From Lingula anatina (Eukaryota; Animalia; Brachiopoda): a DNA stretch of 64,000 nucleotides. Made by a program: the position numbers and the translations under genes. The notes beneath the pieces are model-generated. The model was not told where the DNA came from. It did not search any database and worked only from the letters and a program-made list of their open reading frames with translations. Every line of letters starts with the position of its first letter. Position 1 is the first letter of the stretch. Below, in pieces: positions 26,380 through 39,800 of the stretch. The stretch spans positions 19,964,001-20,028,000 of the forward strand of contig CM120645.1 in the NCBI GenBank assembly GCA_051362555.1, given 5' to 3'.

Positions 26380-27137
26380 ATGGCAGAGAATGATCAAACT
26401 GATTCGGGTCCACGCCCCGAAGACCCAGAAAGACAAGAAGGTACGCTTAATGTGGGCGAAGCATTCGATTTACTGAAAACTATCGTTCAAAACCAGTTTG
26501 AATCTTTTTCTGAACAGCAATCCCGTTCAATTGAATCCTTCGAGAAAAAGATAAAGAATTCTCGCGACACTATCTTGAAAGGAGAAGGAAATAAAGCAGC
26601 ATTCAATTTCAACTTAGATATTCTGGATGGTCTAGAAACTTTAGAATTAAGAGCCCACGAAAATAAGGACTCAAAATCCATCCAGATAATTACGGGGATG
26701 AAGGAGAAAATCCGTCAACGTAACAAACATATTCAAATCGCAGACTCCTCTCCTGCAGGTTGGAAAACCGTGAAAGAGTATCAAATTTCCGACTTTGCTG
26801 ACGATTCCGGAGATGAAAGAAAGATCAGAGCAGCGGAAAACAGGGCTCTTCGTCAATCGCGTAAAAACAACTATACGTTTTTCTCCATATGCCACTCCCA
26901 CCGCAGCCGCAGGTGCGCCTTTTTCTACCAACAGAGCAATGGCTTCCTCGCCGTAACCAGGGCCTTTTCCTTCAGCCGCAGTCAGCTCAGCAGGCCAGTT
27001 GAATCCCAGTCTAGGGCCCAGATTTCCCACTTTTTCGTCACAGCCTTTTTCGTAGGATCCGCAAACCGATGCCGTCCGACATCTGCTTCCTCTGTTTGCA
27101 GCCGGGACACTGGAGATCAAGCTGCCCCAACCCCTGA
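26380..27137 (+). pseudogene. Frameshifted gag of the DIRS/Ngaro element
   Basis: Motif HIQIADSSPAGWKTVKEYQISDFADDSGDERKIRAAE; RFSPY in a second frame; CCHC knuckle CFLCLQPGHWRSSC (from 27084) in a third frame. Confidence 0.85.
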
Positions 27138-27289
27138 GTTAAACCAGAACCAGAGAACCAACGCAATTGAAAATGTAAAAGATAAGTATTTTCTGAAAGA
27201 TCCAGAAACTTTTGAATGCTTGACAGACTTACATTTGCGCCAACATATAGAACATTTTAAAAAACCTGATCGTAATTTCTCAAAGACAG

Positions 27290-27955
27290 ACGGCATTAAA
27301 GGAAGTCTTCGTGCCCACATGCAATTTTGGAAAGACATGAACACTTATACTTATACTAGATATTGTTCTATGGCAGTAGTCAATCGATCTTCCTGGGATA
27401 TCCCTTTAACCGAAGTGGACAAATGTCCCATTCTAAACGAGCTCAAATTTTGGCTTCAAAACATTCGTTCTCACAATAACAGACCGCTTTTAAAGTCCGT
27501 CAAAAAAAAAAAAAAAAAAAAAAAAAAAATTATTATTTTTTCGGACGCTAGTAACGTAGGGGCGGGCGCCTTTACAGTCGAAATAGAAAACAAAAATTTT
27601 TCACCAAAATTCGACCGCTCAAGAAGCTATCATGAGTTCAACGTGGAGAGAGTTAAAAGCAGTAGATCTGGCTATTATGTCTTTTGGGCATCACATAGCA
27701 AATTCTCATGTCAAATGGTTTTCGGATAATCAAAATTGCGTCAAGATTGTACAAACTGGAAGTATGAAAAAATCATTGCAAGATTTATCCTTCAGTATTT
27801 TTAAGAATTGCATTAATTTCGGAATTTCCATTGATATTAGCTGGATTCCCAGAAATAAAAACGAAACAGCCGATTACTTGAGCAAAATTATCGATTTTGA
27901 CGATTGGGGGGTTTCGCCGGAGTTTTTTGAATCCATACGAAACATGTATAAATAA
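27290..27955 (+). pseudogene. RT N-terminal stub fused to frameshifted DIRS-type RNase H
   Basis: IKGSLRAHMQFW, then a deletion, then ELKFW...IFSDASNVGAG; in the next frame SSTWRELKAV, WFSDNQN, WIPRNKNETADYLSKIIDFDDW. Confidence 0.85.
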
Positions 27956-28186
27956 TGTGAGAAATAAAACTAGTATACAGGGCTTTGTATTCGAAATTAC
28001 GGATTTGTTTTAGTAAACAATGATTCGGACGCTTTTGCACATCGCATTATAAGTCAAGTTTATAATAAAATTAGATTTTTAAGTATAAATCAATAAATAA
28101 ATAAAAATAAATAAATAAATAAAGATACATGCATATTAATTCATACGTAGTAAAAAAAAAATTCATCAAAAATATATATTTAACGG

Positions 28187-29123
<937 letters not shown>

Positions 29124-30342
29124 TGAAGAATGCGTAAGAGATTTTAAGGAAAATAACTGAAATGTTGAAATATATGTCACAGCAATTTGAACTCGGAAGA
29201 AGAGAAAATTTTAGTAGAAAATGAATGAAAGAATGAAATTAAGACGAAGCGATAAAGAAAGAGAGAGTGAAGAGTTTACGAGTGAAAGAGAATTCTTGTG
29301 AAAAGGAACTTTTATCGGAGAAGACGATTTCAGTTATGATAAATATAACAGAAACCGTTAGTTGGATTGAATGTGTTTTCAGAAGGAATTATATATATTT
29401 AAAAAAAAAGATAATTAAATAAATAAATAAATAAATATTCACATTTTATTTTGACATATCACTCCGTTTGCATAGAATACAAGGATACACTCTTCTTTCT
29501 TTATCATCGAAATGAGCGCTTCCATACCTAACACTGTGTCTGTGTTTATGCTATAAATATTTTATGTTCGTTTGAGTGTAACGAATTAGAACATAAATAT
29601 ATTTGTTGTGGGTATGCAGACACGTGACGTTTATGTGCGAACTGTTCAGTAAGGTCTGAGTAGTGTTAATATCATGTGACTGGTCACTTGAGTAGTGTTA
29701 TCAAATAGAAGGTGATGAGGAAAAGTAGATTTTAGAGTTAGGTCATTCGAAGGCTCTTTCGCATTCCGTGAAGATGGCAGAGAATATATATAATTCCCTC
29801 CCACCCACCCAATTTGAAGGAGTTTTACTTTATAAATTAAAAAAAAAGTGTGTTAAGCTTGTTTGTTTGAATAAATATATTTAATAAATAAATACGAGAT
29901 ATAATAAGTAAAGATTAGAAAGAATAGAGAAATTAGTTTTAGTCTTAGTTCAAGCTTTTCAGTGTTATACTTATTTCATAACAGAACGTTTTAATTTTTC
30001 AGCTCGGATCCTGGTACGGCAGAAGACAAAGCAAGATGGAGTTAAAAAAAAAAAAAACTCAAGAACTGATCATTATCATTATTATTTTATTACACTTTTA
30101 AAAGACTTGTTTTACATATATTTGTTTTAATCACTTTGTTCAAAGTTTGGTTCGTTAAAATAATAATAATAATAGCAAGGATATATTTATGGTTTTCAAT
30201 GTTCAACAACGACTGAATTTATGGCAATTCAAACGGAAATAAAGCACACGGAACGAAATGAGCGCTTCCATACCTAACACTGTGTCTGTGTTTATACTAT
30301 AAATATTTTATGTTCGTTTGAGTGTAACGAATTAGAACATAA

Positions 30343-30850
30343 TTTGCATTTGATTTGACAAAGAAATACAAGTTGATAAACTTCATTTTAGACTCGTGCC
30401 AGGTGCCACAGTTATGAGCGAAAGCAGTTTGGCGAGGAAACTACAACAGAGAAATATACGTTTGTAAAAATAGACTTTACCTCGTCAGTAAAAAAAAATG
30501 CACCATTCAAGTACATTTTCTACGAAGCCGTGTTATTTGTTCAAATGCTCAACTGTCGCAATTGTAAACGCAGGTATACGTATTTCTTAATACGTGTGCA
30601 AGGAACGATGTGAAATGTCACACAGAAATATTCAAGCACAGGTATGTAGTTTCATGATGCAATATTAGTTGCACACGAAAGTATCTACGAAGTTTTCAAG
30701 CTGGTTTTGCGGTTCTAAAGGTTGTAGCACTGGTATATATTATGTAGTACATAAGCATTTAGGCTACAAGTTTTTGTATGTAATGTTCTGGTAAGCATTT
30801 TAAGCTTTGTAAAAAGCATAGTTTTAGACAAATTCATCCTAGCAAATTCA

Positions 30851-30911
<61 letters not shown>

Positions 30912-30943
30912 CAATTAATGTCACTAATCTAATACTGAATCAA
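30343..30943. repeat. Block paralogous to 36396-36831 (3' end of the Ly6 gene 2/3 duplication)
   Basis: Near-identical runs such as CAGGTGCCACAGTTATGAGCGAAAGCAGTTTGGCGAGGAAACTACAACAGAGAAAT and CTAATCTAATACTGAATCAAA. Confidence 0.85.
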
Positions 30944-31590
30944 AGGTTGATTGCTCAGTAGTCGAGGTAGAACTCAACACGTCGATGTCTGAACTCCCTG
31001 GCTCACAACAGTGACACGCAGGTGACTGTCCTCAACATCTTACTGTGCCTCTATCGGTAAGCAACGCAGCCACAGAAGCGAGATACTTTTGTGGAATTAC
31101 TAAATTGTCACAAGCGAGACACTTGTTAACGTACTCTCTCACTGTGATCTGCCTAGCAGATACACACATACAAAGGCGAGACACCTTTGTCGGGACGAGA
31201 CAAAAAAATGGAAAGTAAAATAAAACCATGCATTGTTTAGTTGCATGTACCTTACACTTTTAAGTGACTCCGTGTGGATTTAAAACACATAAAATAATTT
31301 GATAAACTGCATTTCTATATACTGATAACCAAAAACTATGAATAATACTAATAGCAACAGTGCAGCTCAAGAATATAATTTTCCCTCATCCCTCAGAAGT
31401 ATCGCAGAGGTAGTGATGGTGCTCATTGCCACACATCATTTGGAAAGGGTGTGTGCTTTTGTTATGATAATTGCAGGTCAAGGCATGGCAAAAGGATTAA
31501 TCCTGGTCCCATTCATGCTGTTCAGGCCTAGAAAAAAATTAATAGAGTTTTCAAAAGAATATCATTAGAATAATTTTCTAACTATATTTA

Positions 31591-31630
<40 letters not shown>

Positions 31631-32684
31631 ATTAATAATAATAAATTGCAGTCTTTGTAAAATGTAAACTGTTACAATTAATCTTTATCTTAAACAGCCT
31701 TATCTACAGTCAATCTTTTCTTTAAACTGCACAGCCACTGTTTACTCCAAATTCGTAACAGTATTGATCTGGAGTTGGACTTTGGGCAAAAATGCACACC
31801 CATCAATTAAAAACCAAATTTAAATCAAGGCCTGAAAATGTTAGAAATCACATGCAAGTCAGGGCACCACAAACTGTGGTGCTCCCCACTATCATGCACT
31901 AATCATTGAAGGTCCTGATTCATTAAATGTACAATAATTATACATTTAAAAAGATGAGTTTTACAGATGATCTACACCTTCCCATTATACAGTAATTACA
32001 TGTACTTGATCTTTTCAATGGGAAAAATTTGTGATTTTTACAAATATTATACTCGGTATTTTCTAAGTCATAATTTCTAAAAATCAGAACATTCCTATGG
32101 GAAGGATACAAACTAAATTTAAAACATGCTACTATATAGTACTATTCTATGTCGTTAAAGCACCACAAATGTCTTTAACAATTAATTTTGTAATTATATA
32201 ATTATGTTTCTGAAAGTTTGATATTTTTACCCATCAAAAAGAATGAGTGTTTACTATATTATATTAAAGCCAGCCGTGCAATCTGATGTGTCCCCATCGC
32301 ACTTTGTTCTCAAAATTTATGTAGCGCGTGACTTTTGTTTTCATTTTCATAATAACAAATGAACAACAATGGTAACGATAGTGTTTATTTCTTTGAAATG
32401 AAAACAGATGGAGTGTTCGATAAGATAATGTTAATCAACAAGAAGGATGTAGCAGATTACTGGTAAAATATCTATAAAACTTGTGATAGAAGCTGAGGCC
32501 AAAAAGTATTCAGAAATGTTAAGATGATAATTGCATATTGAAGAGCATTAAAAAGATTGTTAAAAATATTTTCATGGAACAATTAAGAGAAAGAGAGAGC
32601 AATGAATCATATGTAAACATCGACTGACAGCTAGCGTCTAGTTTTGCTTTCCCATTCATTCTTTACGCTAAATATCACCCAGTA

Positions 32685-32904
32685 TAGAGGGTACCGGAGG
32701 AGGCAGGGTTGTGCGTATCAGACTTGACCAGACCATTGGAATGTTTTATTTGTCCGATGAATGCATCACATTTACACCTTGAAAACTGGCAGTGTGGTCC
32801 GATCTACCTGTGAATTGGGGATCATTCGGTGCCGAGTCTGGTAATTGGGTAGGCCTGATGACGTCACATTTCCGGCACAACCCCGTCTCCTCCGGTACCC
32901 TCTA
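32685..32904. mobile_element. 220-bp MITE in the proximal promoter of Ly6 gene 3
   Basis: TAGAGGGTACCGGAGGAGGCAGGGTTGTGC / GCACAACCCCGTCTCCTCCGGTACCCTCTA TIRs; contains TGACGTCA at 32859. Confidence 0.85.
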
Positions 32905-32980
32905 TTGTCTTCATTGATATCTAGATATAGATATGATATATCTGTTAGTACTCAGTCACAGCAAGTATCAGAACAAGACG

Positions 32981-33305
32981 ATGAAAACCAGTTTGATGGT
33001 GATCTGTGCATTGGGGAGCCTTGTCTTCATGAAAGGTAAGAATATCAGTGGCTTGTTAGTTGTAACATTTGTGAGAAGTGAATTTCTGTAACTTGAATCA
33101 TTTCTATTTCCATGACTGAGTTAAGAATCACACTTCATAAATGCAGATGTCTAAAATGGAAACCAATAATCAATGTCTTTATGCAAAAAACAAAAAAGAG
33201 ATTGGTTAACAACACTAAAGAAACTAGGCCTTCTGCATGTTGTGGGGACCCACCTTAAGACCATCCCGGGGCCCCCACATTACATTACATTACATTAAAT
33301 ACCCT

Positions 33306-33340
<35 letters not shown>

Positions 33341-35724
33341 TTATTTTTCTATGGCGCATTCGATTAAAAATCTCAATGCGCCTTACAACATTCACTTAAA
33401 AGAGCTAAATAACACAATACTAATATAAGAACACATTACAATTTTAAAGGACTAAGAACTAATTTAAAGAACCAATTATTGATATTCTAAAATGATAAGA
33501 ACCTAAAGTGACAACATTTAAAATTAATCATAAAATTACAGTACACCTTATTAAAAACTAAAATGAACTATATGATATTTACTGATAGGCTATTCTAAAA
33601 ATATGAGTTTTCAAAAGCTTTTTAAAAGTATCTATGTCACCTGCTGCTCGTATTTCAGAGGGTAAGGTGTTCCAAACTTTGGGTGCATATATCATAAATG
33701 CCCTTTCACCGTAAAATTTACCAGCTTTTTTCTCTAAGACACTGTGTTCTAAAAGTAAATGACTAAAAGTTGAAGACCTGGTAACTCTTCCATGCTGATG
33801 TTGCTTCATAAGTTCTGAGATATAAAGTGGTTTATTCTCAGTGACTGCTTTAAAAATGACACATTAAATTTTAAATAAAATTCTCTCTCTTACTGGAAGC
33901 CAGTGAAGTTCCATCAAAACAGGTGTTATATGCTCTCGGCTGTTCCATCCCATTTTAGTTACCAGCCTAGCTGCAGAATTTTGAATTAATTGAAGTTTGT
34001 TCAGATGATTTTTGCCTAAACCATATAAGAGACTGTTGCAATAATCAAGCTTAGAAGTAATGAAAGCATGGACTAGTTTTTCAGTTGAAGTTTTGTCCAG
34101 TAAGTCACGTATCTTACTAATTCGCCAAAGTGAGTATGATGCCGATTTGCAAATTTCAGAGATCCGTCTATCCATAGTTGCATACTGATCAAAGGTGACA
34201 CCTAAATCTTTCACATAGCTAGATGGATTGATGTTGACACCACCGATACAAATATCAGATTTCATTGCATTTCCCCTGTCTGACTTAGACCTTGATGTAA
34301 ACCATATTAGTTCAGTTTTTCCATCATTTAGTGCTAGCATGTTTGTTTTCATCCAATTTCGGATCTCAACTAGACAAGTTTCTATTGAGGTGATAGCCAT
34401 GGAGCGATTACTTTCACTTGTGACATAAATTTGAGTGTCATCAGCAAAAATGACAGTGTTGAGACCATGTTTAACTATAATGTCTTCTACTGGTAGCATA
34501 TACAATGAAAAGAGCAATGGACCTAGCACAGACCCCTGAGGGACACCATACTCTAAAATAGTGGGCTCTGATAGCAACGACTCAATTGACACCTTTTGTG
34601 TTCGATCTTTTAGATATGAGGTTAACCAATTACGTGCTAAATCTTTTACTCCAAATCGGTACTGTAGTCTGTGCAGAAGTATGTTGTGGTCAATGGTGTC
34701 GAATGCAGCAGACAGATCTAAAAGGACTAAAATAACATCTTTTTGTTTGTCTAAAGAAAGCATGATGTCATTATTATTTAAGGTCGGCTTTGCATCCGCG
34801 GACCCCCCCCCCCCTTCAAATAATACTATATCAGCCTCTACTGGAATATTGAAATATTTGTTTTCGTAAATTCTCACTTTTCTGATATCAATTGCTAATG
34901 AAAAAAACACTTTTTAAAATTAGAAACAGTGAAGTGATAAGTTATTCTCAGATTTTTAATGTTGTGAAGCATCATTTGTACAAATTTTACAAAAATTGGA
35001 ATAGATCTGTCAAAATTATTAACGTTTAACTATTTTAAGCCATGGGATTTGCCAATGTTTTCAATGTAATTTTCAGTTCTTTAATATATTGTGCAAAATA
35101 TCACTTTCATTACACGCAGTCAACTGATAAGCTTATGTCAGACTTTTATTGTTCTTAGGCATCATTTGTAGTGAAAGCGAAAGACAACATCAAGAGCAGT
35201 GCTATGTCTCATCCATGTGTACAATACATGATATGTGGGAAGATTTAGGACATGGTCAAATGGTGTGCTAACAGCCTGATTCCACAAACATATAAGTCCC
35301 CAAGTCAACTTGCTGTGAATGCACTCAATAGGTCTATATACATGTACACGCGTGCACCTTTTACGTAAGTTTCACTTTTGTGTATTTTCAGATCGTGTGG
35401 CTGGGGAGGTATGCTATAGCTGTGTTACCTACATGTTTGAAACAGACAACAAACTGGGAAGCACCGCAATTAGAAATGCCCTGGCACAACTTCCCACAGA
35501 CGAAGATTGTGAGGCGGGCCGAATCGCCAATCTTGGCAAAACATCTTGTAGCAGAGGCTGTGAGAAGGCTAATGTGACGATGCATTTTTATGTTCAGTAT
35601 TTGGTAGGTTTTTTTCCTTTTCTGAATGAAGAATATAGAAATCTCTACCCCTTTTCATTTTACGTGATGAATGGAATGCGTGCGCGCGTGTGTGTGTATC
35701 TGTATTTGTGTTTATTTGAGTGCT

Positions 35725-35795
<71 letters not shown>

Positions 35796-36362
35796 ATGAG
35801 AGAGAGAGAGAAAATGGCAAGTGAATTGGAATGTGTCTTGGAACACGCACGTCAAGAGTCTTCACAATAACTAAATTAGACAGTCTTAGGCGACAGCATT
35901 TTGTGCAGAACGTTGCAACAATCTGAATCTATCATACCGATCAAAATGATAATCCTAAACCCTGTTTATATTTTCTTACAGTTTACAGTCAAAACTAATA
36001 TAATTGATACGTGTAGTCTTGTTACCGGAATAAGTACATATTTTTTTTCATTTTAGGACGACCACAAAGTTCCGATAAGAACAGTGTCACGTGGTTGCGC
36101 AAATGACGCCAGTGCCGGAAGTTCAGTTTTAATCAGTGACAACGGCTGCCGCAAGCCGGCGGGTGAAGACGACCTGTCTGTAGGAGCGGGGGCAGTCTTC
36201 AAAATTCTAGAGTCCTTTGGGGCGCCTCAGATGTTTCGCCCGACTGGAGAGATATGCAAGTGTCGTGGAAACCTCTGCAACAGCTCAACGTCATTGTTTG
36301 CCTGTGGAATATTACTGGCAAGCTGTCTTTTCTTGATTGCAGCTGTAAAGAGCGTCCTTTAG
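32981..36362 (+). CDS. Ly6/uPAR (three-finger) GPI-anchored protein, gene 3 (close paralog of gene 2)
   Basis: Exons 32981-33035 (MKTSLMVICALGSLVFMK), 35392-35603 (GEVCYSC...QYL) and 36057-36362 (...CKCRGNLCNSS + hydrophobic tail); GT-AG and in frame. Confidence 0.92.
33307..34778 (-). mobile_element. 5'-truncated L2/CR1-group LINE in intron 1 of Ly6 gene 3
   Basis: RT motifs LLDLSAAFDTIDH, GVPQGSVLGPLLF, FADDTQIY, HITPVLMELHWLPV; one frameshift near 33864; C-terminal KVWNTLP...FKKLLKTH; 3' stem-loop GGCGCATT..AATGCGCC followed by an (ATT)n tail. Confidence 0.92.
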
Positions 36363-36684
36363 CAACCGTGGCACTCGAGTTAACGTCTCACAAAATTTGC
36401 ATTCGATTTGACACATAAATACAAGTTGATACCCTTTATTTTAGACTAATGTCAGGTGCCACAGTTATGAGCGAAAGCAGTTTGGCGAGGAAACTACAAC
36501 AGAGAAATGTACGTTTGTAGAAATAGACTTTACCTCGTCAATGAAAAAAATGCACCATTCAAATACATTTTCTACGAAGCCGTTTTATTTGTTCAAATGC
36601 TCAACTGTAGCACTCATATATAAGCATTTTATTTAGGCTACACAATTTTTTGTACGTAATGTCCTGGTAAGCATTTTAACCTGT

Positions 36685-36718
36685 GTAAAACCAAGGAGTT
36701 CCAACACCTTGGTAAAAT
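36685..36718. mobile_element. 20-bp CAAGG...CCTTG footprint with a ~7-bp TSD
   Basis: GTAAAAC-CAAGGAGTTCCAACACCTTG-GTAAAAT; the paralogous position at 30809 has only GTAAAAA. Confidence 0.7.
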
Positions 36719-36871
36719 GCATAGTTTTAGATTTATTCATGCTGCTAAAAGTCTTGTAATATATATAAGTCCAATTAATGTCACTATACTGAATCAGGCC
36801 AATCAATGTCACTAATCTAATACTGAATCAAATGGTACATGTTGAAACCCCTTTCAGACGACTCGTGATAT

Positions 36872-39800
36872 CTATACACCCCAGTCAGCAAATGGGTTCA
36901 ATATGGGGTCTTTCAAAAACTGTGCAGACGACATGTATTTTTTCATGGCGGGTAAAGCCTGAAATGCAAAAATCATTTGTGAGAATTAGATGAGAAATAG
37001 GTAGAGGGAAGAATGAATCTGATTTGAAAGAAAAAAGAAGAGCATTCATGGGACGGCATGACGTAAGAATGTTCTCGATCTGTGCGAGAACATTCGAGAA
37101 AGGTCGAAACCAAAGACCATTGCGAATACAGTGTACGATAGCAAGTGAGCAAAAATATGCATTAGCTTGGTAATTGGTCTTAAGCTAACGGTAGGAAGAA
37201 TTTTTTCATCTTGTGTCAATTATCATCTGTGACATTTTTCCCTATACATGTATGATATCTCTCTCTCCCCATGGAGTAGAGGATTTTACTACTTACCTCA
37301 AAATTATTGCAGAAGGCGACAAGATTGGGGAGCTTGTCCAGACATCCGGGTTCAAACCTTCTGAACCAATCCAGCAGCTCGTACAAGCCAAAGTCTGCAT
37401 ATGTGATCTGTAAGAAAAATATTACTGGATAAAATAGAAAATATTAAGCTCACGCTGCGTTTGTATGTGTGCAGCGAAAGTACTCTTATTTTACCGAAAA
37501 AAATCCTTAAAATAACACGTAATAAAGCGGTCACACAACATCTCCAGGAAAGTATTTTTAAGGTATGACATAAAAAGATGATGTCCCGTTGATTTATATA
37601 TATTTTTTTGAAAAATTGCTAAGTTCATAACACGCCTAGGCGCTTCAGTAAGTTATTACAGTATTTCTATACTCTTCGTTAAAACGATCACTGTCAATAA
37701 CACAACGAAAAATTAATCAACAGTATTTTGTGCAATTCAAACACACATATTTGATGACAAGGTGTGGTATTTCTGAAAATGACTTATTCTGAATAGACAA
37801 TATTACACTTTAAAAGAGCACGTGTAGATAAACTTGTCATTAATTAAATGAACCCTTGAAAAAGACAGTAAATGCGTGAATTTAGTTGGCATTTCTAGAT
37901 CTGTTTAAAAGAGCGTTAGTGGGGGACATTCAGAGTTGTAGATACACAAATCACTTTAAGCACAAAAAAGTTCCTCGATAGAAAAAAAAGGTCCATGTGT
38001 CTTTATACCACCATGTTCACTTGCCCCCCAAAAAAACTTCCCATGATTCAACAGTTGTTGACACCAAGACTGCTCCGTCTCACCTAACACAGCCTTGGCA
38101 TAATCAGAACATGTAGGCTACTTCTGGTAACACAACTCATTATGATGATGATAAATGAAAATGCTGTTAATCAAAAATTAATGTACTTAGGCTTTAATAT
38201 GCACTTACACTTTTACCAGCACACCAAGGGTTATCTCCCAAAAAGTCTGAATAAGACTTCAACGTGTCTGGCAGGCCCTTCAAAAACTCTTCCTTCTTAG
38301 CTTTCTGAAATCAAATTAGGAAAGAAAAAGATATGGCTTTTTTTTGTAAAATAAAGGAAAACACTACAGAAAGAATGACAACACTGAAGGCCTTTGGGTT
38401 ACACATGGATAGGCCTAGTAATATTGTCAGCTGTTTAAAATAAATTGGGCTTGTTTCCCAGTTTAATCTTGTTCTGTGCGTTGTAGGGGCGATAGATATT
38501 AAAACTTATGAATATCGATTACACATTTAAAAAGTTAGTCGTGCTTTGCCCATGACACGTACAGATCCACTTGTACATTTTTTTCTGAAAAATATTATAC
38601 TGATTTTGATTTCACATCAAAATGAAGAATGGCACCCGGTCTCTCTACAATAGAATGACACACACGGATCTACTTACGAAGTCAGCTTTAAACATGCGTG
38701 TTGACAGACAGACACGGACAAAGCCCATCAAGTTATCTCCGAGCTGTGAAGCCAACACGTCTGCTCGGATTCTTTCTGCTTCAGTGCTACCATCTATCGA
38801 AAAAAATTACAAAACAAACATTTGAAGGCACGCAAATTTTATACAGTAAAAAAAAAAAAAAAAAAAAACTCCATCTAAGTGCAATTTATCAGTTTATACA
38901 TTAATACATGTGGATCCTTATTTTCTCAACGGTATTGGGACAGTTATACCAAGGTTATTAAATATCTACGAAAATTTTACACAAAGGCTCACCATATGTC
39001 TGTAAAATCAGTATGAGAGAGAAAAAAGAGAGAGGGAGACAGAGAGTCTTACATAAGTTGTGTTTCCTGGCCAGATGCATCATAATAGCACGACTTTGTA
39101 CGATGATGGTGTCGCCATCTTTGTAGTAAGGAATCTGAAAAAAAAACACCATGGGATGTCTTTAATCACCAAAGTATGTCACCATAATTTCGCTGCATGT
39201 TTTCTTTTATTGTGCAATTATCTGGAACATAAAATATATCTTAATCTTCTGCTTTGAGGGGCAAATACTAAATTTGATGAGAGAAACGCACGTTAAGCCT
39301 TTTTGTATTTACAAACATTTTCACCTTGAAATTGCTAGCAAATTCATCCCTTGTTCCGGTGTAACAGGAATGGAAGTCCGGGCTCCCATATGATTAGTAC
39401 AGGTTAGGGTTAGTTTTTTTATTAGACACTGGTAACGTTGGTCAAAATAGGTTGTCAAACCCCTCGAGAGTTTGAATTTTTGATCCTGTTTTAAAAAGGT
39501 TTTTGGTTTCTTGCTTCGACTGTAATTCAACGACCATTTGACATTATGGAGTAAATATATGGGACGAATGTCACCTGTACAAAGTAATAGGAAGCGGACT
39601 ACGGTTCCTAATAGACTTCCATTCCTGTTACACCGGTTTTAACTTAAAAGTTGTACCTTATTTCGTGTCTCAACAACATTAAGTCGATACGTGATAATTA
39701 TGTAGTAACGAAACAAAGAATATATATACACACATTTGGAAATGGCACTCCCAGCTTGGCCTTATCCGTCAACCATTCATCTTTGTTGAACTCTGGGGCT

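Noticed and set aside
26374-27729. 451-aa ORF as a single real protein
   Set aside because: It is a chance fusion of gag N-terminus, out-of-frame gag, an RT stub, a poly-A run and part of RNase H.
34779-34910. N-terminal part of the 348-aa RT ORF
   Set aside because: Lies beyond the LINE 5' truncation point and reads through flanking repeat and G-run sequence.
39402-39414. Telomeric (TTAGGG) remnant
   Set aside because: Only two units, an internal motif of an interspersed repeat that also occurs at ~62050.
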